64,000 nucleotides of DNA from Candidatus Gastranaerophilales bacterium (GCA_017475485.1 JAFVFO010000052.1:6437-70436); one strand, 5' to 3'. Shown: positions 29,110 to 37,905, counted from the first letter of the stretch. The notes: generated by a model from the sequence alone, not told the origin. Translations and numbers: made by a program.

Positions 29110-29838
29110 ATGTTCAAAAACTATTTTAAAAAAATTTATAAAGCGAGATTAAAAAAAATAAATGAAAAATCCAAAATACGAATAGAAAATGAGAGAAATA
29201 AATATATTTCTATTTTAAATCATGATATAAAAACAGCGCTTTTAGCGCAAATTCAGGCATTGGAGTTATATTTAAACAACAAAGCTCCTAAAGAAATTTT
29301 GTATGAAATATTAAATTCTTCTGAATTTTTGTATGAAATTGTTAAAAATACTATTTTCTTATCAAATTACGAAAGACAAAAAAAGAATTTAAAACTTGAA
29401 AATATAGATATTGAAGATATTATAAGCGAAGTAAAAAAATCCGTTGAAAGCCTTGCAAAATATAAAAATCAAAATATTATATTAAAAACAAATTCCAAAA
29501 ATATTACCCTTAAGGCAGATAAATTATTTATAAATAAAATTATTCATAATATTATAACAAGCTCAATTTCTTATGGTTTTGAAAATAGCGATATTGAAAT
29601 TTCCGTTAAAGAAAGTAAGGATAAAATTTCTTTTAAAACAAAAAATAAGTCAATTTATATGACAAAGGAAAAAATAAAAAATATTCTTGAAGATAAAAAA
29701 ACAAATGACCTTAACCAGTTGGGCATGAGCCTTAATCTAAATATTGCAAATAAATTAATTTCTGCGCACAAATGGAATATAATTGCCGATTCTAAGCAGG
29801 ATAATTCAAGTGTTTTCGGATTTGTTGCAAAAAAATAG
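29110..29838 (+). CDS. Small soluble histidine-kinase-like protein
   Basis: H-box-like ISILNHDIKTAL and a divergent HATPase region (NIITSSISYG...). It lies directly downstream of the response regulator. Confidence 0.65.
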   Translation: MFKNYFKKIYKARLKKINEKSKIRIENERNKYISILNHDIKTALLAQIQALELYLNNKAPKEILYEILNSSEFLYEIVKNTIFLSNYERQKKNLKLENIDIEDIISEVKKSVESLAKYKNQNIILKTNSKNITLKADKLFINKIIHNIITSSISYGFENSDIEISVKESKDKISFKTKNKSIYMTKEKIKNILEDKKTNDLNQLGMSLNLNIANKLISAHKWNIIADSKQDNSSVFGFVAKK

Positions 29839-30025
29839 CAATTTTTTAAACCAAAAATACTTTATTATTATGTAGGTGATAATACTGCCGGCTTTATATA
29901 AGACAGCATGGTTTATATAGTGTCGCGTCAAACAATAGAATTTAGTGCTTAAGGTAAGGTTAAGTTCAACAATTTGTATGACTGAGGCTTTAAACAATAG
30001 CCAAGGAGAAAAACAATTGTAGAAA

Positions 30026-30060
30026 ATAGGCCCGGTAAAGTGCTTTCGGGCTTATTTTTG
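30026..30060 (+). terminator. Hairpin plus T-run about 190 nt downstream of the kinase gene
   Basis: ATAGGCCCG-N12-CGGGCTTAT followed by TTTTG. Confidence 0.5.
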
Positions 30061-30175
30061 AAAAAAAGATAATTGTGTTAAGAAATGTTAACGTAATTTG
30101 AAAAAATTGGCAATTATATAAAGGATAAATACTTTATATAAATGTATAGAATATATTTATAGAGGCAAGAAAAAA

Positions 30176-30478
30176 ATGGCAGATACTTCAGGAATTAGCG
30201 GCATATTCGGTTCGCACGTCAGACCTGTAAGGACAAAGCAGGCAGGTTTTCAAGCCAACGGTGGTTCCGGCGGTGCAGGCGGTATTGGCAGTAGTGAAAG
30301 ACTGGCATATAGAGGCGGTTCAGAAGGCATAGGTACAACAGTCCCTTCAGGTATGGAAGGTTCATTGTTTGACGGCTTTAATGTTCCCATAAATAATGGT
30401 ACAGGTGAATTGATACCTGATATATCAGACAGAGAAGACGCTATAGAAGGAAGCGGGTTTAAGCCGTACTTCTGTTAA
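30176..30478 (+). CDS. Gly-rich 100-aa hypothetical protein
   Basis: The ORF MADTSGISGIFGSHVRPVRTKQAGFQANGGSGGAGGIGSS... has no signal peptide or TM segment. A strong terminator follows it. Confidence 0.5.
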   Translation: MADTSGISGIFGSHVRPVRTKQAGFQANGGSGGAGGIGSSERLAYRGGSEGIGTTVPSGMEGSLFDGFNVPINNGTGELIPDISDREDAIEGSGFKPYFC

Positions 30479-30493
30479 TAATGATTTCAAATT

Positions 30494-30526
30494 AAAAAAC
30501 CTTCCTTTTAAAAGGAAGGTTTTTTT
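30494..30526. terminator. Bidirectional rho-independent terminator between convergent genes
   Basis: A6-CCTTCCTTTTAAAAGGAAGG-T7, a perfect 10-bp palindrome flanked by A and T runs. Confidence 0.85.
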
Positions 30527-30546
30527 CGTGTTTATAAAGTGCCGGA

Positions 30547-31281
30547 CTAACTAAATATTTTAAATGATGAATCAATATTATCACCGATAATTTTTTCAAC
30601 GCTTTCTAATTCTGTTTCAATTGCGCTTCTTTCGGTTTCTAATTTGTTCAACTGTAATTCAAGTTTTTTATCTAAAGATTCGATTTGGCTTTGAACTTTA
30701 TCATATTCAGATTGCGCTGCAGCATCATCAGATTTATCATAAACTTCTGAAATCGCACCTGCTTCAAGTCCGTCCCAGCCTAATGTTTTGAATTCGTGAG
30801 TGCCTTTGTCTTCATCTTTTTCAAATGTTGCAAAATAATAAATACCGTCTTGAATTGCTTTTTGGAAGTTATCAACATCATCTAAATCGGGAGCTATCAT
30901 AAAATCATCTTTTGTAAATCCTTTTTCGGGATTTGCTTCAATCATTTGAACAATTTCATCTTCGCTTCCGACAATTATTTTGCTTCCGGATGATGATACC
31001 AAAAACATTTGTTTACCGGTTGTAGAAAGCCCTTCTGCCTGTTGATTCATAATACTTTTGTAATTTTGATATGTAACATCAACAGTTTCTCTTTCGGCAC
31101 CTGTATTAAAGGTATAAGTTAATTTGCGGTTAGACATTTTTTCATTGTACTCAGCAGAAGCTGCAGCAGATTTATCAGCTAACTGCAAACGTTCAAAGTT
31201 AATTCTTTGAGCTTGATATTCAACATTACTTTTTCTGGCCGTTAATTGCAAGAATCTTGCCTGGCTAGCTGAAAGCCCCAT
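30547..31281 (-). CDS. 244-aa protein of unknown function with helical N- and C-termini (MGLSASQARFLQLTARKSNVEYQ...)
   Basis: SD AAGGAGAA lies 6 nt upstream of the ATG, and a sigma28-type promoter is upstream. No signal peptide. The C-terminal heptad-like region is SLDKKLELQLNKLETERSAIETELESVEKII. Confidence 0.75.
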   Translation of the reverse strand: MGLSASQARFLQLTARKSNVEYQAQRINFERLQLADKSAAASAEYNEKMSNRKLTYTFNTGAERETVDVTYQNYKSIMNQQAEGLSTTGKQMFLVSSSGSKIIVGSEDEIVQMIEANPEKGFTKDDFMIAPDLDDVDNFQKAIQDGIYYFATFEKDEDKGTHEFKTLGWDGLEAGAISEVYDKSDDAAAQSEYDKVQSQIESLDKKLELQLNKLETERSAIETELESVEKIIGDNIDSSFKIFS

Positions 31282-31317
31282 TTTATTCTCCTTGAACTTT
31301 ATTGTCTAACACTATTT

Positions 31318-31344
31318 TTATCGGTAATTTTGCTTTAAACTTTA
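31318..31344 (-). promoter_or_regulatory. Sigma28 (FliA)-type promoter TAAAGTTT-N11-ACCGATAA
   Basis: The minus strand reads cTAAAGTTTaaagcaaaattACCGATAAaaat. This matches the consensus TAAAGTTT-N11-GCCGATAA at 15 of 16 specified positions. It lies 37 nt upstream of the ATG at 31281. Confidence 0.7.
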
Positions 31345-31445
31345 GGATTTAATGGTTTTTTAAAGGTGTTTTGTTACATTTGTTTACAATAGAAATAGCC
31401 CAAAGGGAGAATAAAAAAATTTAAAATATTAATTATTCTTCAAAT

Positions 31446-31736
31446 ATGAAAAAAATTATTTTAACAATATTATTTTTAAGTTCAATTTCTTATGCTTGGA
31501 GTTTTAATAAAAATTCCCAAGGCGGTTTAACGGGGTATTCTACACCAATTAACAATGATATTTTTAAGCAGATGAAATTTGATGATGATAAGAAAAATTT
31601 GAAATCACCAAATGTGATGACGGATTTATTTTCATCTCCGCAAAAAAATTACGGCTACAATTCAAGTAATACTCTAAAAGAGCTCGGCGAAAAAGGTGTA
31701 GGTTCAAAATGCGGTGTTACAATTATATATGATTAA
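31446..31736 (+). CDS. Small secreted hypothetical protein
   Basis: 96 aa with signal peptide MKKIILTILFLSSISYA. Confidence 0.5.
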   Translation: MKKIILTILFLSSISYAWSFNKNSQGGLTGYSTPINNDIFKQMKFDDDKKNLKSPNVMTDLFSSPQKNYGYNSSNTLKELGEKGVGSKCGVTIIYD

Positions 31737-31740
31737 GGGG

Positions 31741-32827
31741 TTATTTTTTCCTTAAATAACTTTCTATAAATCCGTTTATTTCGCCATTCATTACAGAATC
31801 GACATTTGCTGTTTCATAGTTTGTTCTGTGGTCTTTTACCATTTTATAAGGATGAAAAACGTAACTTCTTATTTGCGAACCAAAGTTAACATCCATAACA
31901 TCACCCTTTAAAAGTCCCATTTTTTTCTCGTATTCTGCTTGTTTAATTGCCAAAAGTTTTGAAGCAAGCATTTGCATGGCTGTTTCTTTGTTTTGTAATT
32001 GCGAGCGCTGCTGCTGGCATTTTACAACAATACCTGTCGGTAAATGTTTTATTCTGACCGCTGTTTCAACTTTGTTGACATTTTGCCCGCCCGCACCGCC
32101 TGAGCGCATTGTGTCAACCTCGATATCTTCGGGGCGTATTTCAATTTTATCTTCAAAATCTTGAACAACGGGTGATACTTCTAAAGAAGCAAAACTGGTT
32201 TGACGTTTACCGTTTGCATTGAATGGCGAAATGCGAACCAATCTGTGCACACCTTTTTCCGCCTTTGAATAGCCGTAGGCATAAGTTCCCGAAACCTTAA
32301 TTGTTGCAGATTTTATTCCTGCTTCATCGCCGTCTGATTTATCTAAAAGTTCAACATCATATCCTTTTAATTCTCCCCAGCGCATATACATTCTTAAAAG
32401 CATATTTGCCCAATCCTGCGCGTCTGTTCCGCCGGCACCGGAGTTAACCGTCAAAATAGCGTCATTTTTATCGTATTCGCCCGATAACATATTTTCCAAA
32501 TCAAACTTGTCAAAATTTTGCTCTAAATTATTAAGCTCAAAAGAATATTCTTCAATTAATGAATTATCATTCATATCAAGCGCAACAACAGCGTCATCTA
32601 AAACTTGTTTCCAATTGTTTAGATTATCAAGTTTTGCTTGAAGCTCTTTTTGTTCTTTTGAAAGTTTTGTTGAAAGCTCGGTATTTTGCCAGATTTCTTC
32701 TTTTTTTAATTCATTTTCTATTTCGGATAAACGTTTAATAAGGTTGTCTTTTTCAAAGACACCTTTCTATTGAAGAAAAACGCTGTGACAAATTATTTAT
32801 TTTTTGCTTAAAAAGTTCTGTTTCCAT
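31741..32827 (-). CDS. prfB: Peptide chain release factor 2, with programmed +1 frameshift
   Basis: Frame 0 runs from ATG 32827 as [24 protein letters not shown] and ends at TGA (32755..32753). The +1 frame continues [24 protein letters not shown]... into the track ORF. The protein has the SPF tripeptide ([16 protein letters not shown]) and GGQ ([10 protein letters not shown]). Confidence 0.95.
32753..32764 (-). promoter_or_regulatory. RF2 autoregulatory frameshift site (SD-like AAGGTG, CTT TGA A)
   Basis: The minus strand reads GAAAGGTGTCTTTGAAAAAG. This corresponds to the classical AGGGGG-N3-CUU-UGA-C recoding site. Confidence 0.85.
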
Positions 32828-32886
32828 AATTTCATTTTACTATAAAGGATTTTTTTGGTAAAATATAGTGTCGTGGGAGAAAAGCA

Positions 32887-33414
32887 ATGGAAGAAAATAT
32901 AAAAAAAATTAAAGATTCAATTAGAGCTATACCTGATTTTCCGAAAAAAGGTATTTTGTTCAGAGATATTACAACTGCCCTGAAAAATTCAGAAACACTG
33001 AAATTAACAGTTGATGAACTATGTGAACAATTTAAGGATGAAAAAATAGATTATATTGCAGGAATTGAATCGCGCGGGTTTATATACGGCATGCCTTTAG
33101 CATATAAAATGAATTGCGGATTTATTCCGGTCAGAAAACCGAACAAACTTCCGGCAGAAACTATTTCTCAAGAATATGAACTTGAATACGGAACAGATAA
33201 AATTGAAATTCATAAAGACGCTCTAAAATCAACAGACAGAGTATTAATTGTTGATGATTTGCTTGCAACAGGCGGAACTGCGGCCGCTGCCGTTAAATTA
33301 ATTTCGCGTGTTGCAAAGCCTGTAGGAATAGCTTTCGTTATAGAGCTTGAAGAATTAGAAGGCAGAAAGAAATTACCCGAAGATATTAAGGTAGTTTCGG
33401 TTGTAAAATATTAA
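32887..33414 (+). CDS. apt: Adenine phosphoribosyltransferase
   Basis: Contains IPDFPKKGILFRDIT and the PRPP-binding motif VLIVDDLLATGGTA. Confidence 0.95.
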   Translation: MEENIKKIKDSIRAIPDFPKKGILFRDITTALKNSETLKLTVDELCEQFKDEKIDYIAGIESRGFIYGMPLAYKMNCGFIPVRKPNKLPAETISQEYELEYGTDKIEIHKDALKSTDRVLIVDDLLATGGTAAAAVKLISRVAKPVGIAFVIELEELEGRKKLPEDIKVVSVVKY

Positions 33415-33427
33415 ACGGGAAATATAA

Positions 33428-34258
33428 ATGTTAGATTTAAAAGCTAAATATGAAATTTTATCATTTTCAATAGGCGATACAAAAGCCGGCACTAAAATGG
33501 GCAAAATGCAGATAAAAAATCTTGATGATTCTTCAATTTTGAACTGTGTTTTGTGGGAAGAAACCCTTAACCGTACAAGTGATAGCGCAACGCGCACAGG
33601 AAATATTATCAGAATAATAACGGGAAGTTATAACGAAAAATTTAACAACTGTCTTTTGAATAATTTTGAAGTGCTTGAACAGGCAAAATTAGGAATAGAC
33701 GAAGAACTTCGGAATGATTATTTCAATAAGCTCACAGAAACCGTTAATGAATTTAAAAATGAAAAACTGAAAAATTTTGTTTTAAATAAATTAAAAGAAA
33801 ACGAAGAAAAAATAAAAGTTTCTCCCGCTGCAAAACACATGCACCATAACTATATCGGCGGGCTTATAGTGCATACTTTTGAATGCGTTGAATATGCAAA
33901 GGTAATTTTACCTAAATTCAATAAATATATTAATTCTGATGAAGTTTTAGCAGCGTGTATTTTGCATGATTTCGGAAAAATATATGAATACGATATAAAC
34001 CTTGAATCGGGGCTTGTTGAATATAACGAGCAATTCAAAAAAGATTGGATAACCCATTCGCAGTACGCTTTTTCAATGTGTATGCAGGAAGGTTTTTTGA
34101 ATATTGCAAAAATGATAGCATCACACCATGGCAGGGCTGATTGGGGCGCTATGATTGATTTGGGCGAAAAAGATTTAGAACCGTTTTATTATATAATTCA
34201 TCATATTGATGATTTAAGCGCAAAATTCGGTGCTACAAGTGTTAACGACTTAAAATAA
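33428..34258 (+). CDS. OB-fold plus HD-domain protein (YhaM-like 3'-5' exoribonuclease family)
   Basis: The N-terminal OB-like region precedes HD motifs HHNYIGGLIVHT, ILHDFGK and ASHHG. Confidence 0.7.
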   Translation: MLDLKAKYEILSFSIGDTKAGTKMGKMQIKNLDDSSILNCVLWEETLNRTSDSATRTGNIIRIITGSYNEKFNNCLLNNFEVLEQAKLGIDEELRNDYFNKLTETVNEFKNEKLKNFVLNKLKENEEKIKVSPAAKHMHHNYIGGLIVHTFECVEYAKVILPKFNKYINSDEVLAACILHDFGKIYEYDINLESGLVEYNEQFKKDWITHSQYAFSMCMQEGFLNIAKMIASHHGRADWGAMIDLGEKDLEPFYYIIHHIDDLSAKFGATSVNDLK

Positions 34259-34270
34259 AAGGATATAAAA

Positions 34271-34957
34271 ATGAAATTTTTTCAAATAATAATATCACTT
34301 TTTTTGTTTTTTGTATCAAGTGCCTATGGTGCACACCAGCTTTATGCCGATTCTGATAATGTCAGCATTCCTTATGGTACAAAACTTGAATTATATATGT
34401 CATCAGATATTACGACAAGAAATATAATTGAAGGCGATATGTTTCAAGCATATCTTGTAAAAGATATCTATGTAAACAATAAATTGATTTTACCTGCAAA
34501 AACAATATTCAGAGGCAGAGTATCTGATGTAAAATATTCAAGAAGCCTATCACGTCCCGCAACTTTATATTTAACACTTGACCATTTGGTTACAAAAAAA
34601 GGTTCGCAACTTCCAATTTCAGCAGGAATTGCTTCTGATTTTGAATATATATTAAAATCTGACGGCGGTTTAACAACATCCGGCAACTACTTTAAAGCAG
34701 TGAAACGCGACGCTAAAAAGGCAGGACAAATTGTTCCGAGAACAATAAAATGGGGTGCAACATCAGGAGATGATTTATTTACCGGTGCTAAATATATTTT
34801 TATACCGGTTGCAGGTTTAGGCGGATGTATTGCATGTGCCGGTTCAACGGTTTATAACACTGTGGCTGATTTATTCAGGCATGGAGATGAAATAGTTATT
34901 GAAAAAGGTTCTAAGTTTAACATAATATTGTTATCCAAACTTGACGTGCCATTGTAG
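34271..34957 (+). CDS. Secreted hypothetical protein
   Basis: Signal peptide MKFFQIIISLFLFFVSSAYGA. The pattern IPYGTKLELYMSSDI...GDMFQAYLVKDIYV...LPAKTIFRGRV resembles TrbI/VirB10-like beta domains only loosely. Confidence 0.55.
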   Translation: MKFFQIIISLFLFFVSSAYGAHQLYADSDNVSIPYGTKLELYMSSDITTRNIIEGDMFQAYLVKDIYVNNKLILPAKTIFRGRVSDVKYSRSLSRPATLYLTLDHLVTKKGSQLPISAGIASDFEYILKSDGGLTTSGNYFKAVKRDAKKAGQIVPRTIKWGATSGDDLFTGAKYIFIPVAGLGGCIACAGSTVYNTVADLFRHGDEIVIEKGSKFNIILLSKLDVPL

Positions 34958-34962
34958 AAAAT

Positions 34963-35457
34963 ATGGAAAAATACGAAGTTTTAAACAGAATAAAAAAAAT
35001 ATTGACGGATAAAAAACTTTCTTTATCAACCGCAGAAAGCTGTACCGGCGGGCTTATCAGCTCATATTTAACTGATGTATCGGGTTCGAGTGCTTTTATT
35101 TTTCAAAATTTCGTAACTTATTCAAATGAAGCTAAGATGAAGTATCTTAATGTTAAAGCTGAAACCCTTGAAAAATATGGCGCTGTATCGGAACAAACCG
35201 CAAGAGAAATGTCTGAAGGACTTTTAAAATTAACTGATTGTTCTATTGCCACAACGGGAATTTTAGGCCCGACAGGTTATACAAAAGAAAAACCGATAGG
35301 GCTTGTATATATCTCTTTAGGTTTTAGGGATAATATCAAAGTAATTAAATATATTTCAAAAGCCGTATCAACCAAAGACAGATACCTTATAAAAAAGGAT
35401 ATTGTTGAATATGCGCTTTATGAATTGTTGAAATATCTTGAAAATACTCTTAATTGA
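34963..35457 (+). CDS. pncC: CinA C-terminal domain protein (nicotinamide-nucleotide amidase PncC-like)
   Basis: Contains LSTAESCTGGLISSYLTDVSGSS and GPTGYTKEKPIGLVYI. Confidence 0.85.
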   Translation: MEKYEVLNRIKKILTDKKLSLSTAESCTGGLISSYLTDVSGSSAFIFQNFVTYSNEAKMKYLNVKAETLEKYGAVSEQTAREMSEGLLKLTDCSIATTGILGPTGYTKEKPIGLVYISLGFRDNIKVIKYISKAVSTKDRYLIKKDIVEYALYELLKYLENTLN

Positions 35458-35510
35458 GTATATAAAAATATAATATATTCAAATATAATAGCAAGGGGCT
35501 ATGTAGCAAA

Positions 35511-36698
35511 ATGATAAATGTAATTATAACCGACTCGAATAACAGTTCAAAAGAATTACTCTACAGCTATGTTAATAATATAGAAGGTGTTGAGAATGTT
35601 TTTTGCTATAATGATTTGAATTCGATTGATTGCGATATTAAAAATATTGATATAGTTATTTTTGATGTTAGTTCAAAAACCGTTCTTGAAACTATGGTTA
35701 TTGTTGATGAATTGAAAAATAAATATAAAAATCTGAACTTTATTGCGACATCTTATGAAATCAATTCGGAACTTGTTTCTAAAGTTTTAAAGCAAAATGT
35801 TTGCGAATTTATATTGAAGCCGGTTATACCAAATATTTTAGCCGGTACTATAAAGAAAATAACTGACAATAAAAAAGATTTACCGAAGAAAAAAGCTAAA
35901 ACAATCTGTGTTTTTTCAAATAAAGGCGGATCCGGTAAAACTTCAACCGCTGTTAATATGGCTTATGAAATTGCTTCTCAAACCAATGAAAAAGTGTGTT
36001 TGCTTGATTTGAGTTTTAATTTTGGCGATATTGCAACTTGTCTTGATGTTGAACCGAAGCACACAGTGTTATCTGTTACAAAAAAGCTCGAACATTCCGA
36101 TATTGATTTAGCTTATACTCTTTGCGAAAAATATCGCGATACAAGCCTTTATGTGCTGTCTTTTCAGGATGATACGGGTTTGAATACAAAATTTGTTACA
36201 CCTGATTTGATTACCAAATTGATTAATTCTCTAAAAAATATTTTTGATTATATTGTAATTGATACCCTTTCTGTGATTGATGAAGCGTCTGTTTCAATAT
36301 TCAGCACTTCCGATTTAATTGTTTTAATCGGTATGCTTAATTTGGTTTCTATAAGAAATTGCCAAAAATGCCTTGAATTATTTGAAAATATGGGAATCAG
36401 CCAATCAAGGGTTAAACTTGTGTTAAACAGATATATTGAAAATTCGGAAATTAAACCTGATGATGTTAAAGAAACAACAGGGGTTGATATTTTCCAAAAA
36501 ATTCCAAATAACTATTTAACGTTGATTGACGCAATTAATTTAGGCCATGCGGTTTCCGAAATTAATCCTCATTCAAACATTGCCAAGGCATATCAGAATT
36601 TAGCGCGCGAAATAGTTAATGTAGATTATATGAATTTGGAAGATTTAAAGCAATATAACCATGGTATTTTCAACCTGTTAAGAAGAATGGGGGAATAA
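35511..36698 (+). CDS. CpaE/TadZ-like protein: pseudo-receiver N-domain plus MinD/ParA-type ATPase
   Basis: The deviant Walker A is CVFSNKGGSGKTSTAVNMA, followed by LLDLSFNFGDIATCLDV. The N-terminal ~120 aa is REC-like but has only a partial acidic pocket. Confidence 0.75.
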   Translation: MINVIITDSNNSSKELLYSYVNNIEGVENVFCYNDLNSIDCDIKNIDIVIFDVSSKTVLETMVIVDELKNKYKNLNFIATSYEINSELVSKVLKQNVCEFILKPVIPNILAGTIKKITDNKKDLPKKKAKTICVFSNKGGSGKTSTAVNMAYEIASQTNEKVCLLDLSFNFGDIATCLDVEPKHTVLSVTKKLEHSDIDLAYTLCEKYRDTSLYVLSFQDDTGLNTKFVTPDLITKLINSLKNIFDYIVIDTLSVIDEASVSIFSTSDLIVLIGMLNLVSIRNCQKCLELFENMGISQSRVKLVLNRYIENSEIKPDDVKETTGVDIFQKIPNNYLTLIDAINLGHAVSEINPHSNIAKAYQNLAREIVNVDYMNLEDLKQYNHGIFNLLRRMGE

Positions 36699-36699
36699 A

Positions 36700-37905
36700 G
36701 TGTCGTTAAAAGAAAGGCTCTCAAATCAGACAAAAGCGCTTCAAATAGAGCAAAATTCGGAACATCCCGTATATTATCCTACAAGTGAAGTTTCTCAAGG
36801 AATAAATTCTTTAGGTGAAATAGATACTTTATTTGCAGATGATGAAATTAACTCTATATGCGTTATGGGGGCGAAAAATATCTATATAGAAAGGAAAGGC
36901 AAAAAAAGTAAAATTTCCCTTTCGTATAGGGATAACGTAAGATTAGAAAATATAATTAAAAAAAATGCGCAATTTCATGGATTGCAGTTTGATGAAAATC
37001 ATCCTTATATTGAATTTAACCATAAACAGGGAATTAATGTTTCTGCAACCCTTCCGCCCCTAAGCAGCGTTGCAACAATGATTGTTAAATGCTATAAAGA
37101 TAAATTTGCCTCTTTGAAAATGCTGGCGGAAAACCTTTGTTTGTCAAAAGAAATAGCACTTTTTATCGAGGCATTGGCAGCTTTAAAATTAAATATAATA
37201 ATTGCAGGTGAAAAAAATACCCTAAAAACAACCATTTTAAGTACGATTGCAAAAAATGTTGCGCAAAATGATAACTGCGTCATGATTGATTATGCTAATG
37301 AAGTGAAAATTGAAAATAGCAATATCGTTACTTATGATTTTAAAAACTATAACAATGAAAATCTTTTAGAACATATTATTTCATCTAATCCCGATAAAAT
37401 ATTTTTAAACGATTGCCCCGATTTATCGCGTTTTGATAAATATATCGAAAAAGGTTACAGGGGAATTTGCGCAACTTATAATTGCAACAGTCCGCTTGAT
37501 GTATTAAGTGATTTGTATTTGAAAAATGCGGATGTTGTTATTTTTGTTGAAAGAAAAGATCAAAGACGATTAATTTCTTCGATATCGCTTACTAAAGGGT
37601 CTGAACTTGAAAATATTTTTTATTTGAATGACAACTTGGAACATAATTCCTCAGGCATTGTTCCTGATTTTTATCAGGATATTGAAAAAAGTGCCCTTGC
37701 TCTTTCTGTGGCGATTTTTGAAGCAGATTACAAGCATACATATCATAAAACCCTTCAAAATGACCTTATAAATACCACATTAAAGAAAAATATTAATGCG
37801 GAAATTTTGAAAAAATTTAAAAAAGATCTTGATATTGAAAAAGAAGAAACATCTGAAGCGCATAAGGAAGATTTAGAACAAGAAAATAATAATGAAACTC
37901 TATGA
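36700..37905 (+). CDS. CpaF/TadA-like secretion-ATPase homolog with degenerate nucleotide-binding motifs
   Basis: The N-domain looks CpaF-like (INSICVMGAKNIYIERKGKKSKISL...FDENHPYIEFNHKQGINVSATLPPLS). The catalytic motifs differ from the usual forms:
- Walker A: AGEKNTLKTT instead of GGTGSGKTT
- Walker B: DKIFLNDCPD instead of DRIIVGEVRG
- His box: TYNCNS instead of TIHANS. Confidence 0.7.
   Translation: MSLKERLSNQTKALQIEQNSEHPVYYPTSEVSQGINSLGEIDTLFADDEINSICVMGAKNIYIERKGKKSKISLSYRDNVRLENIIKKNAQFHGLQFDENHPYIEFNHKQGINVSATLPPLSSVATMIVKCYKDKFASLKMLAENLCLSKEIALFIEALAALKLNIIIAGEKNTLKTTILSTIAKNVAQNDNCVMIDYANEVKIENSNIVTYDFKNYNNENLLEHIISSNPDKIFLNDCPDLSRFDKYIEKGYRGICATYNCNSPLDVLSDLYLKNADVVIFVERKDQRRLISSISLTKGSELENIFYLNDNLEHNSSGIVPDFYQDIEKSALALSVAIFEADYKHTYHKTLQNDLINTTLKKNINAEILKKFKKDLDIEKEETSEAHKEDLEQENNNETL

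Noticed and set aside
30547-31281. Calling the sigma28-driven 244-aa protein a flagellin, FlgM or FliS
   Set aside because: It lacks the flagellin N-domain signature (…LSSGLRINSAxDDAAG…), and its size and sequence do not fit FlgM, FliS or FlaG. Only the promoter and the helical-termini architecture point to the flagellar regulon.
36700-37905. Annotating the CpaF-like gene as a functional pilus-assembly ATPase or tad locus
   Set aside because: The Walker A, Walker B and His-box residues are substituted, and no other tad/flp genes are in the window. Only homology, not function, can be claimed.
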